A DNA stretch of 48,907 bases from positions 1-48,907 of the forward strand of contig JABLTI010000044.1 in assembly GCA_013166835.1 (NCBI GenBank), in the 5' to 3' direction. The position numbers and the translations under genes were made by a program. Positions 28,060-39,073 of the stretch are shown in pieces. Within the stretch, counting starts at the first letter, position 1, and each line of letters begins with the position of its first letter. The DNA is from Promethearchaeati archaeon (lineage in GTDB: Archaea; Asgardarchaeota; Heimdallarchaeia; JABLTI01). The notes beneath the pieces were generated by a model. That model saw nothing but the letters and a program-made list of their open reading frames with translations. It did not search any database and had not been told where the DNA came from.

Positions 28060-29466
28060 ATGCAGAAAATAGATAGAAAAATTGTTCCTCGAGGATACCA
28101 AAAGCTCATACTCGATCTAATAAAATTACACACTTCTAAGAAGAAAAGTGTTTTACTTGAACTTGATTGTGGTATGGGGAAACGTGTCATTACGTATGAA
28201 ATATTAACTACACTTTTTCCTGAGAAACGCATTCTCTTAGTAGTATTATCCTCTTCTTCTCTTCATGAAACCAAAGATTTTCTGCAAAATGAATATGGTG
28301 GGGTTGAGGGATTTAATTGGATAGGACCTGGTATTAGTAATTCATATGCACAAAAAATCCTGAAGGAATCAAGAGTGATTCTTTGTACTCCACAAAAACT
28401 ATCAAATGTAATAAAAAGAGCTCCTAAAGATTTTGAAGATACTTTTGATATTATTATAATAAATGAAGTTGACAAATTGATAAGACGTATGGGATCTAGG
28501 AGAGTTCTTGTTTATCCTTGGACTGATTTAATAACCCAGCTTGGTTCTTCATTATACATTGGAATGTCTGGTACACTCAGAGATTCTCATTATGTATTGG
28601 ATCAAGATCAATTGGAAATAAGAAAAGAATTAGACACATTAGTTGAATTCATTCCGGATGTTGAGCTTATTTTCATGGATTATCTTGCGGGAACTGATGT
28701 AACGAAGTTTACAAAGGAAACCGAAATAGAAGCAGTTCCTGTAGAGGATCCTGCTATATCTCAGATTTCTGAAATTATTGGTCAGCAACTCAGAGAAGCA
28801 TATGCAGCTATCGAGGCGGAACTAAGAGAAGAAGCTCCTGAATATTTAGGACAAGTGAAAAAAACTGGTCCTCAAGCATTACTCCAAGCCCCTGTTTCGG
28901 AATCATTGCGTGGCAAGGCACAATCTCTTACTTTGACAAGAAAATATTTGTTCTCAATGATGCCCGCACAATTGAAAAAATTTCTTTGGAAACTTCCTGG
29001 TGTGGAAGAAAGTATGTTACCAACAACGCCTCAAAAAGTAATCAAAGCAGTTGAAATTGCAAAAAATACAAACAAAACTGTTATTCTATGTTCATATATA
29101 CGAACAGCAAAAACTATTGTTTCTCATTTAACAAAAGTAAACATAAAGCCATTCCTACTCACAGGACAAATATTTGATAAAAATGCTGTTTTGCAAAGTT
29201 TTCGGAAATATGATGGAAAAGCAGCTATAATAATGTCTCCAGTAGGAGAACGAGATATTGATTTGCCAGAAGCAGACAAACTAATAATATTTGATTGTGT
29301 GAGAACTACAAAAACAGTTTATCAGCAGCTGAAAAGGATAAGAGGGGGGATCGGTGTCTTTCTATATTACAATAATTCCTATGAAGGAAAGAAAGTTCAA
29401 TCTGTGATCTCAGATATTTTAGAACGATATCCTTGGAGTACAAAATTAGCGACGAATAAAAAATAG
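28060..29466 (+). CDS. SF2 helicase-like protein (Hef/FANCM-like core) with degenerate motifs
   Basis: Q motif PRGYQ, motif I LDCGMGKR, TPQ, motif II INEVD, motif III GMSGT, motif V SPVGERDIDLP, motif VI QQLKRIRG. Confidence 0.75.
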   Translation: MQKIDRKIVPRGYQKLILDLIKLHTSKKKSVLLELDCGMGKRVITYEILTTLFPEKRILLVVLSSSSLHETKDFLQNEYGGVEGFNWIGPGISNSYAQKILKESRVILCTPQKLSNVIKRAPKDFEDTFDIIIINEVDKLIRRMGSRRVLVYPWTDLITQLGSSLYIGMSGTLRDSHYVLDQDQLEIRKELDTLVEFIPDVELIFMDYLAGTDVTKFTKETEIEAVPVEDPAISQISEIIGQQLREAYAAIEAELREEAPEYLGQVKKTGPQALLQAPVSESLRGKAQSLTLTRKYLFSMMPAQLKKFLWKLPGVEESMLPTTPQKVIKAVEIAKNTNKTVILCSYIRTAKTIVSHLTKVNIKPFLLTGQIFDKNAVLQSFRKYDGKAAIIMSPVGERDIDLPEADKLIIFDCVRTTKTVYQQLKRIRGGIGVFLYYNNSYEGKKVQSVISDILERYPWSTKLATNKK

Positions 29467-29471
29467 AAAAG

Positions 29472-29493
29472 AAAAGGTAAAAGATTACCTTTT
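29472..29493. terminator. Bidirectional hairpin between convergent genes
   Basis: AAAAGGTAA-aaga-TTACCTTTT flanked by A and T tracts. Confidence 0.55.
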
Positions 29494-29502
29494 TTCAAAA
29501 AA

Positions 29503-30825
29503 CTAAGAATCTTTCTTTTCTTCTTTGTCTTTATCCTCATCTTTGTCAAAATCAATTTGATTTGGAATATCACCAATTAATTCTAATTGCAGCTGTAGTA
29601 GTTTATTCCAAGATTTTGCGTTTTGAATTGCACCAGCTTCAATAAATCCATCAGTTTGATCTACAAGTTGTTCAATGATATCAAATATTTTAGCAACAAC
29701 TTTCTTACCAGCTTTTCCTGCCGCAGGTAGGACTTTTTCTTTAGTTTTTTGAATATTATCTTTGATAATGTCAAGTTCCATAATTATCTGGTCTTGTTCT
29801 TTTGTACTAAGAGTTGAAAAGGCAATTGGACTTACAGTTAGTGTTTGACGGAGATTCTTTGAATCTGAAAAGCTTAATCTTGCAGAAATATTTATCTGTT
29901 TACTCTCTTCGATAAGATCTTTTGCTTTTACAATACATCGCCATGTTAATGCTGCAGATGCACCTGGTGCTAAATCATTTGCTTTTAATTTACTAAATTC
30001 TCTAACAATAGTTACTTCTTTTAGAGGAACCATTTCAAGCTCAATATTATAAGCAGTATCTTCTCCAGAATTTTTTATCATTACTTCAATGTCAAAGGCT
30101 TCATCAACTTTCACTTCACCCTTCATCTTTATATCATAATCTATCACAGGATATTTCTGGGTAGCATTGATGAAATTTTCAACACCTAGAATTGTTCTTT
30201 CGATATAAGATGCGAATTCAGATAAACCACTATTGGTTAAAGCAGGTATTAGACTTGAATAAACCATAGTTTTAACGTTATTCAATAAACGTATGTCAAG
30301 GTTATTTTTTGCATGCATGAGTTGTATAGGCAATTCCATCAATGAATTTGCAGTGGAGTCATGACGTAGTGCATCGAGTCTTGTTCTTACTTGACTGATT
30401 ACTTGATGAGCTTTCTCTTCTTGAGAAACCAGCACAAATAATATTGATGATGTAGCATAACATACCCCAGCACCAACAGGCTGTTTCCAAACAATATATT
30501 CGTCACCTGCTAAAGCTAAATCTTGTGCTGCAAGATCAATTGCTTGAGCAGCTTCAGTATCAATACCTAATTTACTGAAAATATCCGCAGCAAATACTAG
30601 TGATTTTGCTGAATTCTTATGAGTTCTATTCTCTCTTTGGAATTTTGACCATTCGAGAAATAATCTGGCGGCTTCAATCCAGGATTCTCTGGCTTTTTTA
30701 GCATCACCAATTTCCTCATAATGATTAGCCATTTGCTCAGCTTTCTCGACTGCTACTGTATAATCCTTTTCATTAACTGCTGCTCGTAATTCCTCTCTAA
30801 GCATTCTCTCGTTGTTTTCAGACAA
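29503..30825 (-). CDS. Alpha-SNAP/TPR-like solenoid + Ig-like (CARDB-like) domain + helical tail protein
   Basis: Ala-rich helical repeats (KAEQMANHYEEIGDAKKARESWIEAARLF); V.IKNSGEDTAYNI...DLAPGASA Ig-like motif; AGGAGGT RBS precedes TTG at 30825. Confidence 0.6.
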   Translation of the reverse strand: MSENNERMLREELRAAVNEKDYTVAVEKAEQMANHYEEIGDAKKARESWIEAARLFLEWSKFQRENRTHKNSAKSLVFAADIFSKLGIDTEAAQAIDLAAQDLALAGDEYIVWKQPVGAGVCYATSSILFVLVSQEEKAHQVISQVRTRLDALRHDSTANSLMELPIQLMHAKNNLDIRLLNNVKTMVYSSLIPALTNSGLSEFASYIERTILGVENFINATQKYPVIDYDIKMKGEVKVDEAFDIEVMIKNSGEDTAYNIELEMVPLKEVTIVREFSKLKANDLAPGASAALTWRCIVKAKDLIEESKQINISARLSFSDSKNLRQTLTVSPIAFSTLSTKEQDQIIMELDIIKDNIQKTKEKVLPAAGKAGKKVVAKIFDIIEQLVDQTDGFIEAGAIQNAKSWNKLLQLQLELIGDIPNQIDFDKDEDKDKEEKKDS

Positions 30826-31003
30826 ATTGCTTACCTCCTTATGAAACAGGTGTGGAATAAATTCCCACTGTTCTAAAGGCAAATATGTTCTTATCTAGAT
30901 ATAAATGGTTAAAATCCCTTTTTAGATGTTTTTTTGTAGGAAAAACAGAAACTAAGAAAAAAAAGTAGAGGAAAAAGGAGGAATTTTTCTATTAAAAATT
31001 GGT

Positions 31004-31345
31004 TCAACTCAAATAAGCAGATATTTCTTTAGCAATTTCTTCTCTTAGTCTAGCAACATCACGAATTTCTAGTTCCTCAGCTTGTTTAATTGCTTCTTTC
31101 AACTGAACTACGCCGCCGACTGTAGAAATGGAATCCATTGGTATTTGAAATTCAACATCTAATCCTTTAATTATAACATTAATCTTTGCAGGTGGAAATG
31201 TTAATTTTACATTTCGAACTACACCAATTTTCCTTGCAGATGCATCAATAACCTCTTTACCAATTAATTGGCCTGGAATACTTAATTCGTAGAGCTCAGC
31301 CATCATACTAGCTGATTCACTGGATTTCTCGTTCTTTCTGGGCAT
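31004..31345 (-). CDS. PRC-barrel domain protein with short C-terminal helix
   Basis: LIGKEVIDASARKIGVVRNV...IPMDSISTVGGVVQL is the PRC-barrel pattern. Confidence 0.8.
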   Translation of the reverse strand: MPRKNEKSSESASMMAELYELSIPGQLIGKEVIDASARKIGVVRNVKLTFPPAKINVIIKGLDVEFQIPMDSISTVGGVVQLKEAIKQAEELEIRDVARLREEIAKEISAYLS

Positions 31346-31637
31346 CTTTTATTTCCTCCAACTAACAAATACATAGTAAATACTCTATTTTCAATAATCA
31401 GTGAACTATAACTAATATATAAGCTCTGTTGTTATATGGATGATAGTTAACTAATACCCTTTTATATAATTTTATCAAGAAAATTGATTAAGATTAAAAA
31501 ATTTGTAATTAGTTAAAGTTTCTGTATTTTGGCAATGTAAATTAATTTTGATTAACTATCACATATAGCAGTTAAAGAGTTCATTTAAATACAATATCCA
31601 GAGTAAAGTAATAATCAACAAGTAATGAGGATTCAAG

Positions 31638-32415
31638 ATGATTTACGAATATCCACAGGAAAAAAAGGGCTGAACTTCTTCCATTATTCCAAGGAATTGA
31701 ATATTTAGAATCGTTAGCTTTAGGTGTACTCCTTTCTGATTTAGGCAAGGTATATGCTGATGATTTAGATAAACCAAAAAATCTAATGTTGGTTTATGAA
31801 GAAACGATGCTTGTTGTTTTTGGTGGTTCAGGGGAAGGAACAACTGCTAAAGAGTTATTTTCAAAAATAACAAAAAGTGCTGCTTTCATTTATCCAAATA
31901 AAAAATGGGAACAATTAATTAAAGAGAACTATGGAGATAAATTAAGATTCCAAACAAGAACAAAAGTTTCTTCAGCTAATTTAGATCTTGAGTATATAAG
32001 AAAATTAAAAAATAATGTTCCAGATGGATATGAAATTGTAAAAATAAAAAACGAAATAATTGATAAGTTCGAGGAAAATACAATACAAAAAATAAATCGT
32101 TTTTGTGGATCTATAGATAATTTCAGAAAAGATGGATTTGGTTTTTGTGCTTTATATGATGGTAAAATAGCGGCTGAAATAACTAATGCTGGAATTACCT
32201 ATAAGAATACCTTTGAGATAGATATCGAAACTCATCCTGACCATCGTAGAAAAGGATTAGCAACTGTGCTAGCTGCTTTTATGATAGAATATAGTTTAGA
32301 AAATGGTTTGGATCCTAGATGGGATGCAGCTAATGAACCATCGACAGTTTTAGCATTTAAATTAGGTTATACTGATCCAGAAGAATATGAGTTTATGATT
32401 TATATTGAAGAATAG
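31638..32415 (+). CDS. GNAT acetyltransferase, N-terminus out of frame at an A7 run (called ORF 31786..32415)
   Basis: GFGFC, EIDIETHPDHRRKGLA, PRWDAAN..S..LA.KLGY; ATG 31638 with GAGG RBS joins the ORF if one A of 31660-31666 is removed. Confidence 0.8.
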
Positions 32416-32450
32416 AATGTAATATATAGAAAAATCAAAAAATAAAAGCC

Positions 32451-34391
32451 TTAAGATTGGAAATCTTGAGCTTTCATTTTTGCAAAAACGTTCTGATTTG
32501 TTAGATCAAAGAATATCTTGAAGAAATCTGGATTTGTCGTGTAAAAGGCAACATTCTTTTCCGGATGTATTTTTGGAGCATATATTATTTCTTCATTATC
32601 TCTAATCGCAATCCAATAATCCATTCCTTTGTAATTCATGGTACTGACATTTCCTCTTTTCACCAATGAAGTGAGAAGTCCTATATCTTCTTCTCTGAAG
32701 TTTGATACAATCTGATAATTAGCTACTTGTGGTTGTTTTTCTATTTCATACAAGTATTCAGTATTAATTGATGGTGAAATCAAGATTAGTTCTTCTTTCG
32801 TACGAAGTAACATGTCTCTCATAGATCTTTCAATGCTTTCATTACCATAAATGAACTCTATTTCTAATTCATCAACTGGCATGACTTTTTCTGACATATC
32901 AAGCATATCATCAAATGTTTTTTGGGAATTATCTAAAAGATAGAGTGTATTTCCTAATGTGTTCTCAAGCTGTGTACCGGCATTAGTTAGTAATTGAGCT
33001 ATTTGCTCAACTTTTGCTGAATTCTCATTGATCACGTTCTTAATTAGAGTTTGAATAATATCCTCCATTTCCACTCTCGAAAGATTTAATGCATCTTTTA
33101 CCTCGAATTTTGCTAGCTCAACACGTTCTTCACTTCTTGTCATTCGTTCAGAAATTGAAGCCTTAGCAACACCATCTTGTTTAAGTGCTTCTTTTATAAT
33201 ATTCTCACTAAAAAGAACAATATCTTGAGTAATATCTCCCTTCATTTTTTCAAGCTCTTTAAAAGGATCAGTTATTTTTTGATCAATGAATCTAGCAGAT
33301 TCATCACGACTCTCCTCAAGATGATTTGTGACGATATCTAAAACCTCTGGAACAGAACCATCAACCAAGCTATTTACATGCCTGACAAATTTAGAAACTT
33401 CATCAGAATTATCCTCAAGTAGTGTCTCCAAGGTTGTTTTTACTTCATTCTGTAAGAAATCAAAGGTTCTAAAGAGAGGTCCTAAGGAATTATTAATCAT
33501 TTGTGCAGTTTCAGTACTAATATCTCCGGGCATCTCTCGAGCGAGAACAATAACATTCCTAATAAGACCACTGATTAATTCAGCAGCACTCTCTCGAGCA
33601 GAAATATCTTTTTCATCTAAATTAGCACTATAACTAGATGAAGTAGCGAAATTCTTTTTCACAATATTGTCTCGCAACTCTGTAATTGAATTATCAATAT
33701 CTCCTTTCAATTTCTCTAAACATTCAGCAACGAGTATTTTGTGATGAATAGTTGCTTTTTCGAGTTTATCTCGAATATCTCTGGAGTCAATAACAAGAGA
33801 ATCTGCGTACTTCGAAATAGCAGACACAAAGGTGTCTTTACTTTTGCTTAAATCTTCCGCAAATGCTGGTATAGTTTTCTCTATACTCTGAGTTGGCCAA
33901 GTAGAAATTGTATTAGCTAAATGCTGAAGTTGGAGATAGCTGTTATCAATCATTTGGTTGATAATTTCCTCTAAGCGATCCATTTTTTTCCAAGATTCAC
34001 TAACCCGGACAGTTTTTTCTCTTTCACAAAAATCTGCAAGACCAGGAACTATTGTTTTAACCTTGGTATCAAATTCGCTTGCTTGAGTTTGAAAATTATC
34101 TCGAATCTTAATTAAACCTAATTTTACTTGAGAAGTAACTTGAGCATAATTCTTTAGGAATGGTTCCATAGCAATATATCTTGGAACCTTGCCTGGAATT
34201 TGTTTAATATACCCAATTTCTTCTAATTGTTTAATTTGAATATAAATTTCAGGTAGTTCCATTTTAATGGCTAAATTAATCTCTCCAATTGTTGCACTGC
34301 CTAAGCCAAGAACAGTTGAATATACTTTTATTTCCATTTCACTTAAATCTCTGGCACGCAAATAATCAGAACTAACCGCTTTCTTTGACAT
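32451..34391 (-). CDS. Second TrmB-like HTH + long helical rod + TrmB-type C-terminal domain protein
   Basis: DLSEMEIKVYSTVLGLGSATIGEI...LEEIGYI...PRYIAMEP; helical middle; IYGNESI...MLLRTKEELILISP...AIRDNEEII. Confidence 0.78.
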   Translation of the reverse strand: MSKKAVSSDYLRARDLSEMEIKVYSTVLGLGSATIGEINLAIKMELPEIYIQIKQLEEIGYIKQIPGKVPRYIAMEPFLKNYAQVTSQVKLGLIKIRDNFQTQASEFDTKVKTIVPGLADFCEREKTVRVSESWKKMDRLEEIINQMIDNSYLQLQHLANTISTWPTQSIEKTIPAFAEDLSKSKDTFVSAISKYADSLVIDSRDIRDKLEKATIHHKILVAECLEKLKGDIDNSITELRDNIVKKNFATSSSYSANLDEKDISARESAAELISGLIRNVIVLAREMPGDISTETAQMINNSLGPLFRTFDFLQNEVKTTLETLLEDNSDEVSKFVRHVNSLVDGSVPEVLDIVTNHLEESRDESARFIDQKITDPFKELEKMKGDITQDIVLFSENIIKEALKQDGVAKASISERMTRSEERVELAKFEVKDALNLSRVEMEDIIQTLIKNVINENSAKVEQIAQLLTNAGTQLENTLGNTLYLLDNSQKTFDDMLDMSEKVMPVDELEIEFIYGNESIERSMRDMLLRTKEELILISPSINTEYLYEIEKQPQVANYQIVSNFREEDIGLLTSLVKRGNVSTMNYKGMDYWIAIRDNEEIIYAPKIHPEKNVAFYTTNPDFFKIFFDLTNQNVFAKMKAQDFQS

Positions 34392-34496
34392 CGTAGTAAA
34401 TCCTCAATAGGAATATGATTAATTAGCTCAAAATTATTTCGGTAGGGAACAAGAAATGAACAAAAAGGAATTTACTCGATAATAAAAAAAGTATGT

Positions 34497-34530
34497 ATGA
34501 AAAAAGAGTCAAAAAAGACTCCTTTTTCAT
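34497..34530 (-). terminator. 14-bp hairpin downstream of the surface-protein gene
   Basis: Minus strand ATGAAAAAGGAGTC-tttttt-GACTCTTTTTTCAT (one G-U pair). Confidence 0.6.
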
Positions 34531-34547
34531 CGTGAAAGACTCGAGGG

Positions 34548-37462
34548 TTATCTTTTCTTACCATTAGCTGTGAAGTAAATTAAAACAGCTACACCAGTAA
34601 CTGCAATCACACCAGCTCCAATGTAGATGAAGCTCATATTAAATCCACTTTGGAAAAGCAGAGATAAACTATCTGAATATGAACCCCAAAAATGGATGTT
34701 TCTAGAATATTTTCAACACCACATGCTACAGCAAAGCTTTCAGGAACTGTTGCTTCATCTGAAATCGATGCAGTGTTTGTTTCCTCATTGATAGCATTAG
34801 TTTCAGGTAATTCGTATTCACTTCTATATCGAATTTCTGCGGGGGGTAAGTACACTTCTCCTGCACTGTTGACTTCAACATTAAATTCAACAATTAAAGT
34901 CTCATTTACTGCAAGTGGGACTCCATAAACATCACCACGACGCCAATCAACGTCTTCGGATAATACTGCAAACGGCATTCCAATAACAACTTCATTTACG
35001 AATGTAACCGAATAATCTGTTACTTCTACACCATCAATTGTGATATTTACCTCATCTGCTGGGGTGGTTGGTTTTAGTAGCATTCGATTTGTTTCTTCAT
35101 TTATTGGGAATCTTTGCAACATAATGATGTTTGTGTCTTCATCGCCGACATTGGTTATGTTATATCTGATTAGTAATTCATCACCCACTTCAGTGACTTC
35201 GGGAATGTATCCAAGAACCTCCATAACAACTTCTACTTCAGGAGTTGGATACGTGGCTTCTTGTCTATCCTCTTTGTCTGCGGGTGGCAAAACTATGCCA
35301 AAATCCATGCTGCTAGTAACTGCAGGATGACCAACTTGACCAAAGATATTGTACTTTGGATGAGCTGCTTCATCACTTGTATAATTAAATATAGCAAATA
35401 CTGGATGTAATCCAACATTAGTTGTAACAGGTTGTTCGTGTTGTATCACAACTGTTTCATCTGGTTCAATAAGTGGAATAACTCCTTCACTTCCAGGTAT
35501 GAGATTGATATAAGATAAAGTGAATTCATCTGTAACGAAAGCATGGCCAAAACTGTAATTTACATTGGTTGCATTAGCATCGCCAACGTTAGTTAATTCA
35601 AGAGTAAACGTAGCATTTTCACCAAATCTATAGACGTCTTTGTCCAGAGTTACTTTTCCAACAAGAACTGCTTCATCATCATAAAATTGAATGACTAAAC
35701 CATTCGTTATGCCCATGAATTCTGTGCCATCTGCATCTTCGTAAACAAAAGCAGTGCCCATTACAGGTTCAAGGAATAAATGTGTCCAAGTTAGTTGATC
35801 CTCTGGAAGATGAAGTGTTGAACCTAGAATTTGTAAATAGTCAACAATGGTCATATTTACAACTTGAATATTAGTTAGATTTGTTGGAATTGGGATATAG
35901 ATGTATTCTGTGTCACTTGGGAAATTTCTAATGGCAAAGCTTAAGGTAACATTTTCACCCGGATTAAGAACTGGTATTGTTGCATTGAGACCGATTTTAT
36001 CATCAGATAAATCAAATGTGGTAAAGTCCATGGAATCAAGCTCTAAGTAAGTTTCATTCTTTAGAATTAACTCATCTATCTTGTCCATTTCTTCGCCTGT
36101 AAATACTTGATTGTTGCCAACCCAATCACTAGCAGTTGTGTTGAAAAACCATCCTTCAATTGTAACGATTCCTGGTCCTGTAGCGAAAGTATCTGAAAGT
36201 ATGTCAGTATTTGAATCATAATACATGATTTTGTTAACGTCAAAAGTCAATCCTGCCTTTGCATAAGGCAATTGTACCCCAAGTGTTTCATTTTTTAAGA
36301 ATTCACCGTAAACAACATCTATGTCATAAGCAGGCTCATTGCCAACATTTTCAAAGGTGAAATTATACATAAGGTCATCACCTTCCATAATTGGTAGATT
36401 TGATGCTATTGACATCTCACCTATAACTTGTGGATAGTATTGCAGATTGATCAGATTAAAATCATATTTCACATGAATGTCAGAATAGGAATGATCTATT
36501 GATATATTGAATAATGGTAGATCCATTTTCACAACCCATTCAAAGTAGCCCTTCAAGTGAGGATACATATTATCTGTGCGAGGAACAACTTCGAGAACCT
36601 CTACAACATAAGGAAGTTTCATTGTAATAATACTAGCATCAGCATAAGATGCTCCTTCAACAGGTGAAAAACTTGGCATTATATTAGACAAGTCCATATC
36701 TACTTCAGTCCCAACCTTGACTAATCCATCTGGATCAATCCAAGCTGCACTTAACATAGGTATCCATTCAGTGAACAAACCTAATGCTGGAAATCTTTCA
36801 TGTAAAACTCCGATAGACATAGCTGTAATAGGAGACTCTAATAAAACTGATGAAGTTAATCCTTCACCAAATCCATCATTTGGCACATAACTGACATATT
36901 CATCAACAAAGGATGCATAAGCTCCTTCTGAAACTTGTCCATGGTAAACAAACATAGCCACCTGTTTGCTGTTATCCCATTCTCCAAAAATTAAATGGAG
37001 ATTGAAACCATATATGTTTTCCAAAGCACTCTTGGTGTTAAACGCTGCAACTCTAGCATTTTGAAGAGTCAAACCTCTAAAAACGAGTAATAATGTTGCA
37101 CCATCAGGAACATCCCAAAATCTTCTTTGGCTATGTTGTCTCCAAGCTTTTTGGTTGGAAACGACAAGTTGTAATCCGACAAGATTTGTCAAAGCTGATA
37201 AATCAAAAGGTAGATTTACATTTCCACCTATAAGATCCATATTAATTCCCACTGCTTGACTTCTCATTGGATGAATGTTAATTGATTCCACATATCTGGA
37301 AGCATTATATGTCCGGGGATCATCAATAGCCTGAATGGCTAGGGATCCTGTTTCCAAAGATGAACTTTTTAATTCAGCTGTTGAAACACTAGACATTATA
37401 AATATTAATGAGACGAACAAAGCAATTGAGAGTTTCAAAGTCTTGCTTTTCATTTTTTTCAC
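34548..37462 (-). CDS. Large acidic cell-surface (S-layer-like) protein with Ig-like domains; TM anchor lies in the -1 frame (called ORF stops at 34634)
   Basis: Signal peptide; repeated xNVGx.xA Ig-like motifs; many N-x-S/T sequons; -1 frame after ~34690 reads WGSYSDSLSLLFQSGFNMSFIYIGAGVIAVTGVAVLIYFTANGKKR*. Confidence 0.7.
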
Positions 37463-37681
37463 TTTTTTTCGTTTTTATAATCTTAAGTTCACGATTAAGT
37501 CTATTTACTTAGATAATCATCTTACTATTTAAGCATTTATTTTAAGTAATCTTGAACCTGTAGTTCAAATTTTCTTGAACTGATAAAAATCGATAAAAGT
37601 TCGGCACAATAGAAAGACTTTAGTTAAGAAAAATGGTCATTAGCGATGAATACATGCGACCCAGCGGCACTAGTGGTTTAG

Positions 37682-39073
37682 ATGTTAGATAAAATTAAAC
37701 ACATTCTAGAGAAACATAGTTTTAAAACGGGAGATTTTGCCGATATCAGATTACAGAAGGGTTATGGGACATTAATTACAATACAAAATGGTAGACCAGA
37801 ACAAATAAATTACGAAAAAGAAATTGGAGTGGGAATTAGAGCATTAATTGATGGTGGATGGGGGTTTGTATCAGTTGTTAGTTTTGGCTTAACCGAAATC
37901 GAAGAAGCATTACAGAAAGCCATAAAGATTGCTCGAGCAACCGCTAAAAAAACAACAGAAAAAGGTATGATGATTGAAGATTTTGCAGTTGTAGGGAAGC
38001 ATAAAGTAAACTATAAAAAAAATCCTCGAGATATATCGATTGAACAAAAGTATGAAGTTGTCCAAGAATATGAAAAAGTAACTCGAGAGTACTCAGATAA
38101 AATCGTTTCTACAAATGCTTCAATGAAGGAATGGTTTCAGAAAGAAACTATAGTGAATACTTTAGGAACCAAAGTAGAAACAGAATATGGAAATCTCAAT
38201 CTTGCTTGCATGGCTACTTCGAGAGAAGGAGATACAATGCAAAATGTGTACTCCGCTATGGGTACTACCAATGGATGGGAGGAAGTTGAAAAACTTAATG
38301 TTACAGAAGATGGATTGCAATTAGCAAAAAGAGCTATTGAGCTTTTGAAGGCCAAAAAACCTCCAAGTGGGAAAATGGATATTGTTATGGATCAATCTTT
38401 GGTCGGTGTTTATGTTCACGAATCTTTTGGACATGCGGAAGAAGCAGATGCTATTTTAGCAAAGGATTCTATTTTAGAAGGCAAAATGGGAAAGAAAATT
38501 GGTTGTGAACTGATCAATATTTATGATGATCCAACGTTACCTGGTTTACGTGGTAGTTATTTATATGATTCTGAGGGAACCAAGGCAATAAAAAGAGACT
38601 TAGTAAAGGATGGTGTGCAAACTGGTTATTTGCACTCACTTGAAACGGCTGCAAAAATGGATGCAAAACCAAATGGTGCAGCTCGAGCTATGAATTTCAA
38701 TTATCGTCCAATTGTAAGAATGGGAAATACCTACATAGATGCTGGAGATTCATCTTTTGAAGAATTGCTTGAATCAATTAAAAACGGCGTTTATCTCGAG
38801 AAATCTTATGGTGGCTATGTAGACACTGCAAAAGGTGAATTCTATTTCTCAGCACAAGGTGGACATATTATAAGAAATGGCGAGCTTGCTGAAGCAATTC
38901 AAAATGTCAGTATGAGTGGATTATGCTTAGAAGTCTTGCAGAGAACTGTTGCTGTAGGGAAAGATCTGCGTTTTGACTTTCCAGGATCTTGTGGTAAACA
39001 ATCACAATGGATTCCTGTTCATGCGGGTGGTCCACCTATAGCTGTAAAGGAAATAGTTGTTGGAGGGCAATGA
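37682..39073 (+). CDS. tldD: TldD metalloprotease subunit
   Basis: GVGIRA..GWGF, HESFGH (HExxxH), YDSEG, RMGNT, GSCGK, GGP. Confidence 0.92.
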   Translation: MLDKIKHILEKHSFKTGDFADIRLQKGYGTLITIQNGRPEQINYEKEIGVGIRALIDGGWGFVSVVSFGLTEIEEALQKAIKIARATAKKTTEKGMMIEDFAVVGKHKVNYKKNPRDISIEQKYEVVQEYEKVTREYSDKIVSTNASMKEWFQKETIVNTLGTKVETEYGNLNLACMATSREGDTMQNVYSAMGTTNGWEEVEKLNVTEDGLQLAKRAIELLKAKKPPSGKMDIVMDQSLVGVYVHESFGHAEEADAILAKDSILEGKMGKKIGCELINIYDDPTLPGLRGSYLYDSEGTKAIKRDLVKDGVQTGYLHSLETAAKMDAKPNGAARAMNFNYRPIVRMGNTYIDAGDSSFEELLESIKNGVYLEKSYGGYVDTAKGEFYFSAQGGHIIRNGELAEAIQNVSMSGLCLEVLQRTVAVGKDLRFDFPGSCGKQSQWIPVHAGGPPIAVKEIVVGGQ

